From assembly GCA_964057225.1 (NCBI GenBank), contig OZ059899.1, positions 10,974,001-11,038,000 of the forward strand: 64,000 nucleotides of DNA. Direction: 5' to 3'. Source of the DNA: Auanema rhodensis. Taxonomy: Eukaryota > Animalia > Nematoda. Below, in pieces: positions 20,801 to 29,894 of the stretch. The translations under genes were made by a program, and so were the position numbers. The notes beneath the pieces were generated by a model. It had not been told where the DNA came from, made no database searches, and saw only the letters and a list, made by a program, of their open reading frames with translations. Positions within the stretch are counted from its first letter, which is position 1; every line of letters starts with the position of its first letter.

Positions 20801-23800
20801 TGGGTTTTATTGTACGTAGTTTGAGGACTTGGTGATATAGGTCAATTGTTTCTTTAATAATCAGTTGTTCCTTTTCGTTATTAGTTGATAATACGGGCCT
20901 GATTGGCGGCATGTTTACAAATGCTTTCAAAACTTCTTGTTTTGATGGCACCGACATGTTATTTTGAGCGAAAATGGTCGGTGTAAATGCCAACTCGAGC
21001 GCTATACTTTCGGTTCGCTCTCGATAACTTCCTTCTTTTGTGAGTATTTTTTCGTCAAATTCTTCTGCTGTTAATCTGTCGCCTATCTGCTCTAAAAGTT
21101 GCAGGGAGGTGAGGTATTTAACGGCTCCTCTTGTGGTAGCTGCCAGTTTATTTTGGGCGAAGAATTGAAGCATTGCTTCTTCCGGGTCGTAGAATTCATA
21201 TATTTTTAAGAATCTTTCTATTGATCTATCCGAAGTAGTGCTTCGTAGGAAGAATTTGAACTGCTCGGGATGTGCTGAGATCCACTTAACGATAGAATAT
21301 GTTGGATCTATCGTCCGTCTGGCTCGAATTATAGGAATTATTTGTGATATCCCAGGGTTACTCATTACTGGACGTAAAAATGGGTATGGGCATATGTTCA
21401 ATGTTAAAGTTTCGTAATCTTCTTGTTCTTTTATCCAGCTTTCGTCCAATTGCAGTGCGCATTGCGCTATAGCCCTTTTTTGACGCCTAGCTGGCAACTT
21501 TTTATATTCTCTTTCAATTAAGTTGTGTATATTACTGTCATTTGGATATTTTGGAAAGAGTATATAATTGCCCGTGGTTGATTGAAATATAGGTTGCGAA
21601 AAACATGATGTAATCTGTTTTGGAATTCGTTTATTGTCGATAACAAGGGCTGACTGCGTATTGGGAATCAGTATTATGCTGTCTCCAATGATGGCATCAT
21701 ATTCGCTCATGTCTATATAGTTGCATCTCTGTTCGTATGATTGGATTTCCCAGATGATCATGGAAGTATTGGATGCGCATTGGCCATGATGTGCAAGACA
21801 GCCTTCCGTATTGAGTAATAGATTTGTCAATATGGTGTCGTCTGGCATCCTGGTCATAACGCCTCTTTCCAAAACCAGTCGTTCTTTTTCTTCGCATTGT
21901 TCGTAATTGAATGAGCGCGCTGGAGAGAATGTAGGTTCGATTGTCGCGTATGTCAAGCTATCCAATTTAATCAGGTCTTCTGATTTCCATTTACGGTCGC
22001 GGACAGCCAGTCTACATTCGTTTTCTGTTGTTGGCTCAATTCGAACAATGGAGGAGTTATGATCTCTTAAAAATAGCAAATCCCTGATGCATATTTTATG
22101 TATTTCTTTTGAACATCGCCATGAATCCCATTCGTGAGCCGTCTGGTTTCTTGTATACAGATGTATGTTTGTGCGGAGGACATGTTTGGTAGGTGGTATT
22201 GTGCATTTCCTCAGGGGTGGGGGTATAAGGAGGGCTCCACCTGTAGCTTTAGTGCACATCTGATAAGCATCAGTTATAGTGATTAGTGATAAGATCACTG
22301 ATAAAGCTACTGCTAGTGTTAAGGGGGATATCAAGGTCAAATTATTGACTCTTGAGCCTCTTCCTCTACCTCTATTATTGTTGTTTCCCCTGAAGGGATT
22401 ATTACCGCGTTGACGGTTATCACTCTCCTGATTACGTGATAAGTTGTTATTTCTTTGATACCAATTTGGATTTGAGAAATTTCTACCGCGATTACCAAGA
22501 TTGCGGTTTCTTGCGAAAGAATTTTGCAGATTTTGTGGTTTCTGATTATTTGATGAATTTTGATAACTTTGATAATTTTGATAATTTTGGTAGTTTCTAT
22601 TGTTAAATGATTGATAGCCTCTACCGATTCCTCGCCTTCCGGTGTCGCGCCTGGGAGGGAATGTTCTATCGATTGCATTAACCAGTAGCGCCTGAGGGTC
22701 GGCTACTTGGTTAGCAATTGATTCCTCCCATCTGGCATTATCAATTGCCTCGGCAAACGTTTTTGGTTTAGCTCTGATTACCCCCGGACGTAATGTGTTT
22801 TTGAGACCGCGTAGAAAGGTGGATCTAAGAATATGGTCCTTGTGTGGGTCTGTATGGGAGAAAGCGTTTAAGCTTAGGCTTCGTAAAGTTTGTGCGAATC
22901 CATCTACTGATAGCTCGCCTTGGGTGGAATTCTGTAGCGTTATCAGCGCCGGATCTTGATTATACTCTGGGCATAGCCTAGAGGTAAGTTCTTCGATGAG
23001 TGTATTCCACGAGCCAGATGTCTTGATAGTATCGCTAAGCTGTGTATAAGCTTCTTCAGCTCGTTCGTTTTTAAGAAGTAATGGTAAGATTGTTAATCTT
23101 TCGGGCATAACTAAGCCTAAGGCGTTTGCAAAGGTGTTAAACTTGGCCACGAAGTCTCTAAAGTTGCGACTTCCGTCGTATATAGGGCAATATGGGGAGC
23201 TTAATGCCTGAGCAATGGTAGATTTACCCGCTCCTGGAAGCCGTGATGTTTCGGTCATTTCGGATGAGATGCCCTCAGGGTATGTGATAGGTGATATTAT
23301 CACTTCGCTCCTTGTTGGATCTTGATGAGTGTTTTCTATTGCCTTAGGGTTTCTGCTAGAGGAGCCTATTATAGGTGTAGTTGTTGCGAAACGGGCTCTT
23401 GGAACCTGGATGACTTTACCAGATGCCTGAGGCGATGTTCTATCAGTTGATCGTGAGCTAGGGATCGCACTATCTGATCTGTTAAGATTAGGATTATGTG
23501 AAGAAAACCGGGGTTTTGCTGTTCCGCTGGGTGTTGTGTTATCGCCTGGGGATAAGTTTAAAATCTTTATCAGTCGATTTGTTAAAGATCTTTTGTTTTT
23601 AAACTTATCAGTTGTTAATGATAAGGGTGAAGCTTCTTGTATGCCTTCGAGGCTGGCTTCTGCTGACAGAGTTTCTGTTGCGCGCTTACTGGGTGTTTTT
23701 GTCTTCCGCTTATTAGGGATATTCTTTTTGATCTTATCAGTGATTTTTGATAAGGTTGAAGGGTTGTCACTAGGTTGGGTGGGTTCTAAAGTTAGCGAAT

Positions 23801-24449
23801 GTGGTTGATTAATAGGCGTGGAAGACGCTTGCGGGCTTTGTGTTAACCCGAAGGATGGGGAAGGTGCGTTATCAGTGATAACTGATAAGTTCGACGCGTT
23901 TGGGTCTGAGGTTACCGGTGAGGCAGATGCGGTTGTCGGCTTTTTCTTTTGAATTTTTCGCAAATTTTTATTAGTATCAACTGAGCGTACCTTGGGATTT
24001 GTAGTTGGAGTTTGAGTGCTGTCGTCGGCTATGATGAAGTCCGGGTCTTCGTCGGTGTCGTCAGAAGGTGAATATGTACCTTCTCGGGGAGTATAGAACT
24101 TGTCGACTTGCGGCTTCGGCTTCTCGTCTGGTTGGTGCGGTTCTTCTATTTGAACACTGAGAAGTCGGGTGCGGCTTCGGGTACGACTTGCGACAGCAGC
24201 GTCACTGTTGGTATCGGACGGGTAAAGGGCTGGGAAAGCCGATGAGAATCTTTTGGCCACCTTTGTAGGACTTTTGGTTTGGAAAAACCGAGAATGGTGA
24301 GCTACGTGTGGGATGTTGATGTAAGGTGCGTAAGATTCTTTTAGATGTGTGTTGGGAGAGAGAGAGATTCGGGAGCAATAGGATAGTCGTGCTTCGCTGG
24401 GCGATGCGGAGGGTAAATGAGAGGGAGTTTTCCAAATCGTGGCCACCAA
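17733..24449 (-). CDS. Gag-Env-PR-RT polyprotein of element 2 (RT truncated after YLDD)
   Basis: S/T/P-rich N-terminus; capsid YDGSRNFRDFVAKF..FLRGL; RG/N-rich region; signal peptide, Cys-rich ectodomain, TM; protease LWDSGS; RT DFRALN, DLVSGFFQI, MPMGL, YLDD. Start codon uncertain. Confidence 0.93.
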   Translation of the reverse strand: MVATIWKTPSHLPSASPSEARLSYCSRISLSPNTHLKESYAPYINIPHVAHHSRFFQTKSPTKVAKRFSSAFPALYPSDTNSDAAVASRTRSRTRLLSVQIEEPHQPDEKPKPQVDKFYTPREGTYSPSDDTDEDPDFIIADDSTQTPTTNPKVRSVDTNKNLRKIQKKKPTTASASPVTSDPNASNLSVITDNAPSPSFGLTQSPQASSTPINQPHSLTLEPTQPSDNPSTLSKITDKIKKNIPNKRKTKTPSKRATETLSAEASLEGIQEASPLSLTTDKFKNKRSLTNRLIKILNLSPGDNTTPSGTAKPRFSSHNPNLNRSDSAIPSSRSTDRTSPQASGKVIQVPRARFATTTPIIGSSSRNPKAIENTHQDPTRSEVIISPITYPEGISSEMTETSRLPGAGKSTIAQALSSPYCPIYDGSRNFRDFVAKFNTFANALGLVMPERLTILPLLLKNERAEEAYTQLSDTIKTSGSWNTLIEELTSRLCPEYNQDPALITLQNSTQGELSVDGFAQTLRSLSLNAFSHTDPHKDHILRSTFLRGLKNTLRPGVIRAKPKTFAEAIDNARWEESIANQVADPQALLVNAIDRTFPPRRDTGRRGIGRGYQSFNNRNYQNYQNYQSYQNSSNNQKPQNLQNSFARNRNLGNRGRNFSNPNWYQRNNNLSRNQESDNRQRGNNPFRGNNNNRGRGRGSRVNNLTLISPLTLAVALSVILSLITITDAYQMCTKATGGALLIPPPLRKCTIPPTKHVLRTNIHLYTRNQTAHEWDSWRCSKEIHKICIRDLLFLRDHNSSIVRIEPTTENECRLAVRDRKWKSEDLIKLDSLTYATIEPTFSPARSFNYEQCEEKERLVLERGVMTRMPDDTILTNLLLNTEGCLAHHGQCASNTSMIIWEIQSYEQRCNYIDMSEYDAIIGDSIILIPNTQSALVIDNKRIPKQITSCFSQPIFQSTTGNYILFPKYPNDSNIHNLIEREYKKLPARRQKRAIAQCALQLDESWIKEQEDYETLTLNICPYPFLRPVMSNPGISQIIPIIRARRTIDPTYSIVKWISAHPEQFKFFLRSTTSDRSIERFLKIYEFYDPEEAMLQFFAQNKLAATTRGAVKYLTSLQLLEQIGDRLTAEEFDEKILTKEGSYRERTESIALELAFTPTIFAQNNMSVPSKQEVLKAFVNMPPIRPVLSTNNEKEQLIIKETIDLYHQVLKLRTIKPNRTAARADDERFRHLPVPTIILPDIEKLYRDMENNFGIPVGPHQQTKSPNKYTRNLLIQTFLPLLEDKRTPPYSTRRLTDKTEYITTTTEVTKLIQDPQTTPEIDTTQAITSTRAPTTVTLIYGVHKEQPITTFATVTDMSLRSQRKQRTSSPPLEIETKAVQAQAHYIGSKVNNEIQYKQNISQRIAQDHLQYATTLIQEELQKHFMESYESICEIQNRYLELWRSILQIEPTIAMRTILGREDIAARFVGSEIVHVHICLPIEPKTVHHSHKINETCYLETPVTTEDNKLYFAAPGSRDLLSYGKEIDCEHVPTDIYEKNGEWMNINGSAEVNPITLFDGAHQHKVTPLKFTGAHLYTNLSSRVYSMTTAIAYGASLASIRQNHVLNTIHNDPKITSAFILLKKGSEFISKATEFTTTAWNSIKQFLMGTIERTLILIGSTVLIIAAIIVTIFAGKFYFFKAMPLPVMHIQRADNEPPGYEETLELVSRPDQPMPENIMKQYYPALVTFIPLAIPFIAFIKSKETKLPLIYISVEDKLILALWDSGSSVSYVRLSTLKYLNMAQHVKKRRLVAMAANKTTFTLYGKINLNIEIAGYEIEHTFLVSNDCDCPAPALIGMDFMSTLDSENIDVSLKPSKKMLEIGNYALPLIEQDAIKQTAITINIINLKKRIIQPDEESTIPIKADRPLKSNEVVILGDNGNALASSYPTAFRETSGVYVVFRNNTDKTLAMEANSVIGQATIGEVPSWQTIQEDPMQPYIPPEADWENKLPHFPRNFMNDLNLDKADLNNEDKHELTNIVKNHREAFLNEDRKIGLFKGPIEHTIPLRSDMDMPRSRITRIPLGKQEEVEKQVKEMLEQGIIEPSTSLFNSPAVLVKKKDETYRFVTDFRALNSVTRKQTYVIPSISDIVDMAAGAQFFSNFDLVSGFFQISLRKSDRHLTAFTTTSGTYQYKRMPMGLCGAPHTFQTAVRYLQSKCSCKLFVYLDDLLIISDTRKATSGSCRSIKKKSHPSACIKSTKI
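19420..22340 (-). other. Class III (herpesvirus gB/chuvirus G-like) envelope glycoprotein domain
   Basis: Signal ..LSLITITDA|YQMC; RRQKR; ICEIQNRYLELWRSILQIEPTIAMRTILGREDIAARFVGSEIVHVHIC; CYLETPV; TM LILIGSTVLIIAAIIVTIF. Confidence 0.8.
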
Positions 24450-25499
24450 TCTGACTCCGCCTATCTACCGTAAGCTTATTATAGTTAATGATGTTTATCT
24501 CTTCTCAAAAACTATTTTTATCCACTCTTGCACTTTCCTCTAAATTTGTTTTCTTACTGCTCTAGAATCTTCAAAAAAAAACTTTATTCATGTCGTCCCC
24601 TTTGTACTTTTGCGGCCTTTGGACATTTATTTTAAGGTTAGAAACAAAAGAAAAGAAAAGAAAGAAAAAAAATGGATTTCCAACGTTATAATCCCACTGG
24701 CATGACTTATGTCCTGTGGAAATTATACGAATCCATCGTTGAATACGATGGAGAAGGAGTTTTGGCTTATAGGCCACATCCTGATATAATTTTGATGGTT
24801 TGTGTATCTCCATTTTATGTTTGATTATTTGATTACTTTAGTTTATCGAAGATCTCCAAATGTATTATTTGGGGCAGGGCCATATAAACTTTGCCACCTT
24901 CGTAGATGTAGCTCCCGAAGTGGAGCTTGTTGGTCGAAGGTGCTTAGTTGATCTATGCGCTCATGTATATAATGGTAGGGCCGGTTTATTAACCGCACGT
25001 CCTTGGGCCTGGTACCAGGAAAAGAGTCATTTTTATTATTATTTATTATATAGATTATTGTTTAAAATCTATATTGTTCATGATGACTCATTATTTGGTT
25101 TGGAACTTAGGGCTTCGCGAGGTTTAGAATATAGTGAAGATTTAATTGCGAGCGAAACTCCTATGTTTCTTGCCTCTGAGTTTCGAACTCGGTTGCAAAT
25201 CAAATATGGGTATTGACTGAATAAAGTTTGTACTCTGTGTTTTTATTTTTGTGCACTTTGCTCTGTTTTTGTCAAGAAAACGGACTTATGTTTTCAATCT
25301 TTTCCTCATTCCTTTTCCCTTAAATAGCATGTTTTGCTCAAAATGTTTTCGACATTGTGCATGCTAATGAGGTTTGAGGAGAGTTATTGAAAAGGCTGTC
25401 CTTTTTCTTGATCAAAATAAGCAAAAGTGCGTTTTCCTAAGCGAATTTCTTTTTTAAAAATGAGAAAAATACGTCTATTTTTAAACATTTCCAATTTAC

Positions 25500-26125
25500 T
25501 TAGGATTACTGTAGGAAATAAGGGGTATCTTATGAGTTGAAACAACGAAATGATTTGAGGAAGGTGACATAATCTACGGGGATAAAATCCGTAGCAGTTA
25601 TGCTTCCGCCAACTTGACCTGACTGTCAAATAAGAGCTGAGAAGTCTTATTGCAGATTTACCAGGCTTTTTCGGACTAGTGTGGTCTCTTTTTATATTCA
25701 ATTTATGTAACCGTTTTTGGTTTCCCGCAAAATAATATGTAAAATGATCTTTTACGTCTGAATATAATAATTTTTCAAAATTCTAGTCCTGACCACAAAA
25801 TATACAAACTATAATCGATTGCGCGCGTCTTATAAATTTTTGTTCCAATGATCAAACTTCTCATATGCCCAAAAAAAAATGTGAACAATTATAATTTCTC
25901 GTTTGGCGAAATTGTCCTCTATTTCAATCCAAACGTCCTCAAAATGGCATGAGAAGCGGTACAAGATACGATAAAGAAAAGGGTGGACATTCAGACGGTT
26001 TTTAAATTGAGGACGGCGGGCAAAAATTTTATTGGTCCTATCTCGCATTTAAGCGAGATCCCTTGTATCTGTACCTTAAAACAAATTGGCGCCTTCATTT
26101 TGTTGTTTCAAGTGGAGGAATTTAT
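25500..26125 (-). ncRNA. Conserved structured cis-RNA in the 5' leader of element 2 (function unknown)
   Basis: Blocks shared with 46195-46830, with compensatory base changes. Confidence 0.65.
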
Positions 26126-26199
26126 AATTTAGAATGCAAAAATGGACTTTTACAATAAAAAAAAATTTTTTTTTTTTTTTTTTCAAAAGATGAGTTCGA

Positions 26200-26212
26200 G
26201 GTGGAACCTCCA
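26200..26212 (-). promoter_or_regulatory. Primer binding site, tRNA-Gln
   Basis: TGGAGGTTCCACC directly abutting the 5' LTR; complement of GGTGGAACCT-CCA. Confidence 0.85.
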
Positions 26213-26557
26213 CGTTCCGTTATGCTCCTGCGTCGATAATATAAACCATTGTAGTTTATACTATGACGCGCATAGTATTCCTTGGTGTAGCGGTAAGGAA
26301 TAAAGAGCATAAGGTCAATCATAAGATAAAAGAGAGAAAGATTTATTAGCATGAAACTACAACAATAATATACAAAGATAAAGATACAATACAATAAGAT
26401 AAATATAAGTATAAAGACTAAACTACAAGCCGTCCATGAGCTTGCTAAGAGGCGAACTCCCGACCAAGGGAACGAGGGAAGGCGGAGCCATTCCTCGGTC
26501 CTCTGGTCGTCTGGCTCTAACCCTTCAGCTACATATATGGGGAGTCCGAATGGAACG
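26213..26557 (-). repeat. 5' LTR of element 2
   Basis: Identical by eye to 14790-15134. Confidence 0.96.
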
Positions 26558-27158
26558 CTATGGCGGCTACGAAAGTACGAAATAACAAAGCGCTGATTAT
26601 AGGAAACGTGAATGAATGCAGATATTCTCAATTCCGATTCATTAACTAGATCGTGGTCAGCATTTTACAACATTGATAAAATAGAAACTGAGAAAAAACA
26701 TCAACAAATGACACTATTAACTTGGTTTTTTGAACAGCTTTTTTATATTTCTTTTTTCACTATTAGAGAACTTATATTTATTGCTTTTTCAAAATTTTCC
26801 ATTTTTAACATTATACATCTTGACTATCACACATTGAGAACAACAGTTGGCAATGTTGGTTGTCACGTCATATTTCATGCAGTTAGATTTTCAGACACAT
26901 TAATACCTTTAACCATTCTTCTTATGAGTTTTGTAACGATAGATCGTAATAGGATATGAATTGCTATAATATGAAAAAATACAAGACATAGTCAACATTG
27001 ATTTCCCCAAATAGTATCATGTTTGCTTGTTATCCAATTATAACACTTTTTTTTTGATTGTTTTCTTGAAATATTCTTTTTTTTCTTTAACAAAGTTATG
27101 ACTGAGATCAAAATTTGAACTTACTTTTGAACAATTAAACAGAAATTTAAAAAATATT

Positions 27159-27232
27159 TGCCGCCAGCAGGGGTCGAACCTGCGACCTTGGGCTTATTAG
27201 ACCCACGCTCTAACCGACTGAGCTATGGCGGC
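27159..27232 (-). tRNA. trnI: tRNA-Ile(AAT)
   Basis: Consensus cloverleaf. Confidence 0.96.
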
Positions 27233-27824
27233 TACGAAAGTACGAAATAACAAAGCGCTGATTATAGGAAACGTGAATGAATGCAGATATTCTCAATTCC
27301 GATTCATTAACTAGATCGTGGTCAGCATTTTACAACATTGATAAAATAGAAACTGAGAAAAAAACATCAACAAATAACACTATTAACTTGGTTTTTTAAC
27401 AGCTTTTTTATATTTCTTTTTTCACTATGAGAGAACTTATATTTATTGCTTTTTCAAAATTTTCCATTTTTAACATTATACATCTTGACTATCACACATT
27501 GAGAACAACAGTTGGCAATGTTGGTTGTCACGTCATATTTCATGCAGTTAGATTTTCAGACACATTAATACCTTCGACCATTCTTCTTATGAGTTTTGTA
27601 ACGATAGATCGTAATAGGAAATGAATTGCTATAATATGAAAAAATACAAGACATAGTCAACATTGATTTCCAAAAATAGTATCATGTTTGCTTGTTATTC
27701 AATTAGAACACTTATTTTATGATTGTTTTCTTGAAATATTCTTTTTTTTTTTTTAACAAAGTTATGACTGAGATCAAAATTTGAACTTACTTTTGAACAA
27801 TTAAACAGAAATTTAAAAAATATT

Positions 27825-27898
27825 TGCCGCCAGCAGGGGTCGAACCTGCGACCTTGGGCTTATTAGACCCACGCTCTAACCGACTGAGCTATGGCGGC
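27825..27898 (-). tRNA. trnI: tRNA-Ile(AAT)
   Basis: Consensus cloverleaf. Confidence 0.96.
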
Positions 27899-28490
27899 TA
27901 CGAAAGTACGAAATAACAAAGCGCTGATTATAGGAAACGTGAATGAATGCAGATATTCTCAATTCCGATTCATTAACTAGATCGTGGTCAGCATTTTACA
28001 ACATTGATAAAATAGAAACTGAGAAAAAAACATCAACAAATAACACTATTAACTTGGTTTTTTAACAGCTTTTTTATATTTCTTTTTTCACTATGAGAGA
28101 ACTTATATTTATTGCTTTTTCAAAATTTTCCATTTTTAACATTATACATCTTGACTATCACACATTGAGAACAACAGTTGGCAATGTTGGTTGTCACGTC
28201 ATATTTCATGCAGTTAGATTTTCAGACACATTAATACCTTTGACCATTCTTCTTATGAGTTTTGTAACAATAGATCGTAATAGGAAATGAATTGCTATAA
28301 TATGAAAAAATACAAGACATAGTCAACATTGATTTCCAAAAATAGTATCATGTTTGCTTGTTATTCAATTAGAACACTTATTTTTTAATTGTTTTCTTGA
28401 AATATTCTTTTTTTTTCTTTAACAAAGTTATGACTGAGATCAAAATTTGAACTTACTTTTGAACAATTAAACAGAAATTTAAAAAATATT

Positions 28491-28564
28491 TGCCGCCAGC
28501 AGGGGTCGAACCTGCGACCTTGGGCTTATTAGACCCACGCTCTAACCGACTGAGCTATGGCGGC
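28491..28564 (-). tRNA. trnI: tRNA-Ile(AAT)
   Basis: Consensus cloverleaf. Confidence 0.96.
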
Positions 28565-29154
28565 TACGAAAGTACGAAATAACAAAGCGCTGATTATAGG
28601 AAACGTGAATGAATGCAGATATTCTCAATTCCGATTCATTAACTAGATCGTGGTCAGCATTTTACAACATTGATAAAATAGAAACTGAGAAAAAACATCA
28701 ACAAATGACACTATTAACTTGGTTTTTTGAACAGCTTTTTTATATTTCTTTTTTCACTATGAGAGAACTTATATTTATTGCTTTTTCAAAATTTTCCATT
28801 TTTAACATTATACATCTTGACTATCACACATTGAGAACAACAGTTGGCAATGTTGGTTGTCACGTCATATTTCATGCAGTTAGATTTTCAGACACATTAA
28901 TACCTTTAACCATTCTTCTTATGAGTTTTGTAACGATAGATCGTAATAGGATATGAATTGCTATAATATGAAAAAATACAAGACATAGTCAACATTGATT
29001 TCCCCAAATAGTATCATGTTTGCTTGTTATTCAATTATAACACTTTTTTTTGATTGTTTTCTTGAAATATTCTTCTTTTTCTTTAACAAAGTTATGACTG
29101 AGATCAAAATTTGAACTTACTTTTGAACAATTAAACAGAAATTTAAAAAATATT

Positions 29155-29228
29155 TGCCGCCAGCAGGGGTCGAACCTGCGACCTTGGGCTTATTAGACCC
29201 ACGCTCTAACCGACTGAGCTATGGCGGC
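29155..29228 (-). tRNA. trnI: tRNA-Ile(AAT)
   Basis: Consensus cloverleaf. Confidence 0.96.
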
Positions 29229-29820
29229 TACGAAAGTACGAAATAACAAAGCGCTGATTATAGGAAACGTGAATGAATGCAGATATTCTCAATTCCGATT
29301 CATTAACTAGATCGTGGTCAGCATTTTACAACATTGATAAAATAGAAACTGAGAAAAAAACATCAACAAATAACACTATTAACTTGGTTTTTTAACAGCT
29401 TTTTTATATTTCTTTTTTCACTATGAGAGAACTTATATTTAATGCTTTTTCAAAATTTTCCATTTTTAACATTATACATCTTGACTATAACACATTGAGA
29501 ACAACAGTTGGCAATGTTGGTTGTCACGTCATATTTCATGCAGTTAGATTTTCAGACACATTAATACCTTTGACCATTCTTCTTATGAGTTTTGTAACGA
29601 TAGATCGTAATAGGAAATGAATTGCTATAATATGAAAAAATACAAGACATAGTCAACATTGATTTCCAAAAATAGTATCAAGTTTGCTTGTTATTCAATT
29701 AGAACACTTATTTTTTGATTGTTTTCTTGAAATATTCTTTTTTTTTCTTTAACAAAGTTATGACTGAGATCAAAATTTGAACTTACTTTTGAACAATTAA
29801 ACAGAAATTTAAAAAATATT

Positions 29821-29894
29821 TGCCGCCAGCAGGGGTCGAACCTGCGACCTTGGGCTTATTAGACCCACGCTCTAACCGACTGAGCTATGGCGGC
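29821..29894 (-). tRNA. trnI: tRNA-Ile(AAT)
   Basis: Consensus cloverleaf. Confidence 0.96.

Larger units (their letters stand above)
14790..26557 (-). mobile_element. Ty3/gypsy (Metaviridae) LTR element with internal gB-like env (element 2)
   Basis: Two identical 345-bp LTRs, 4-bp TSD CTAT (14786-14789, 26558-26561), PBS, PPT, PR-RT-RH-IN order. Confidence 0.97.

Noticed and set aside
24860-25216. 118-aa plus-strand ORF in the element 2 leader
   Set aside because: Antisense to the element, no counterpart in element 3, no motif.
26192-26295. Internal Pol III promoter formed by A-box-like and B-box-like motifs near the PBS
   Set aside because: The boxes are in the wrong order (B before A); better explained as primer-tRNA complementarity.
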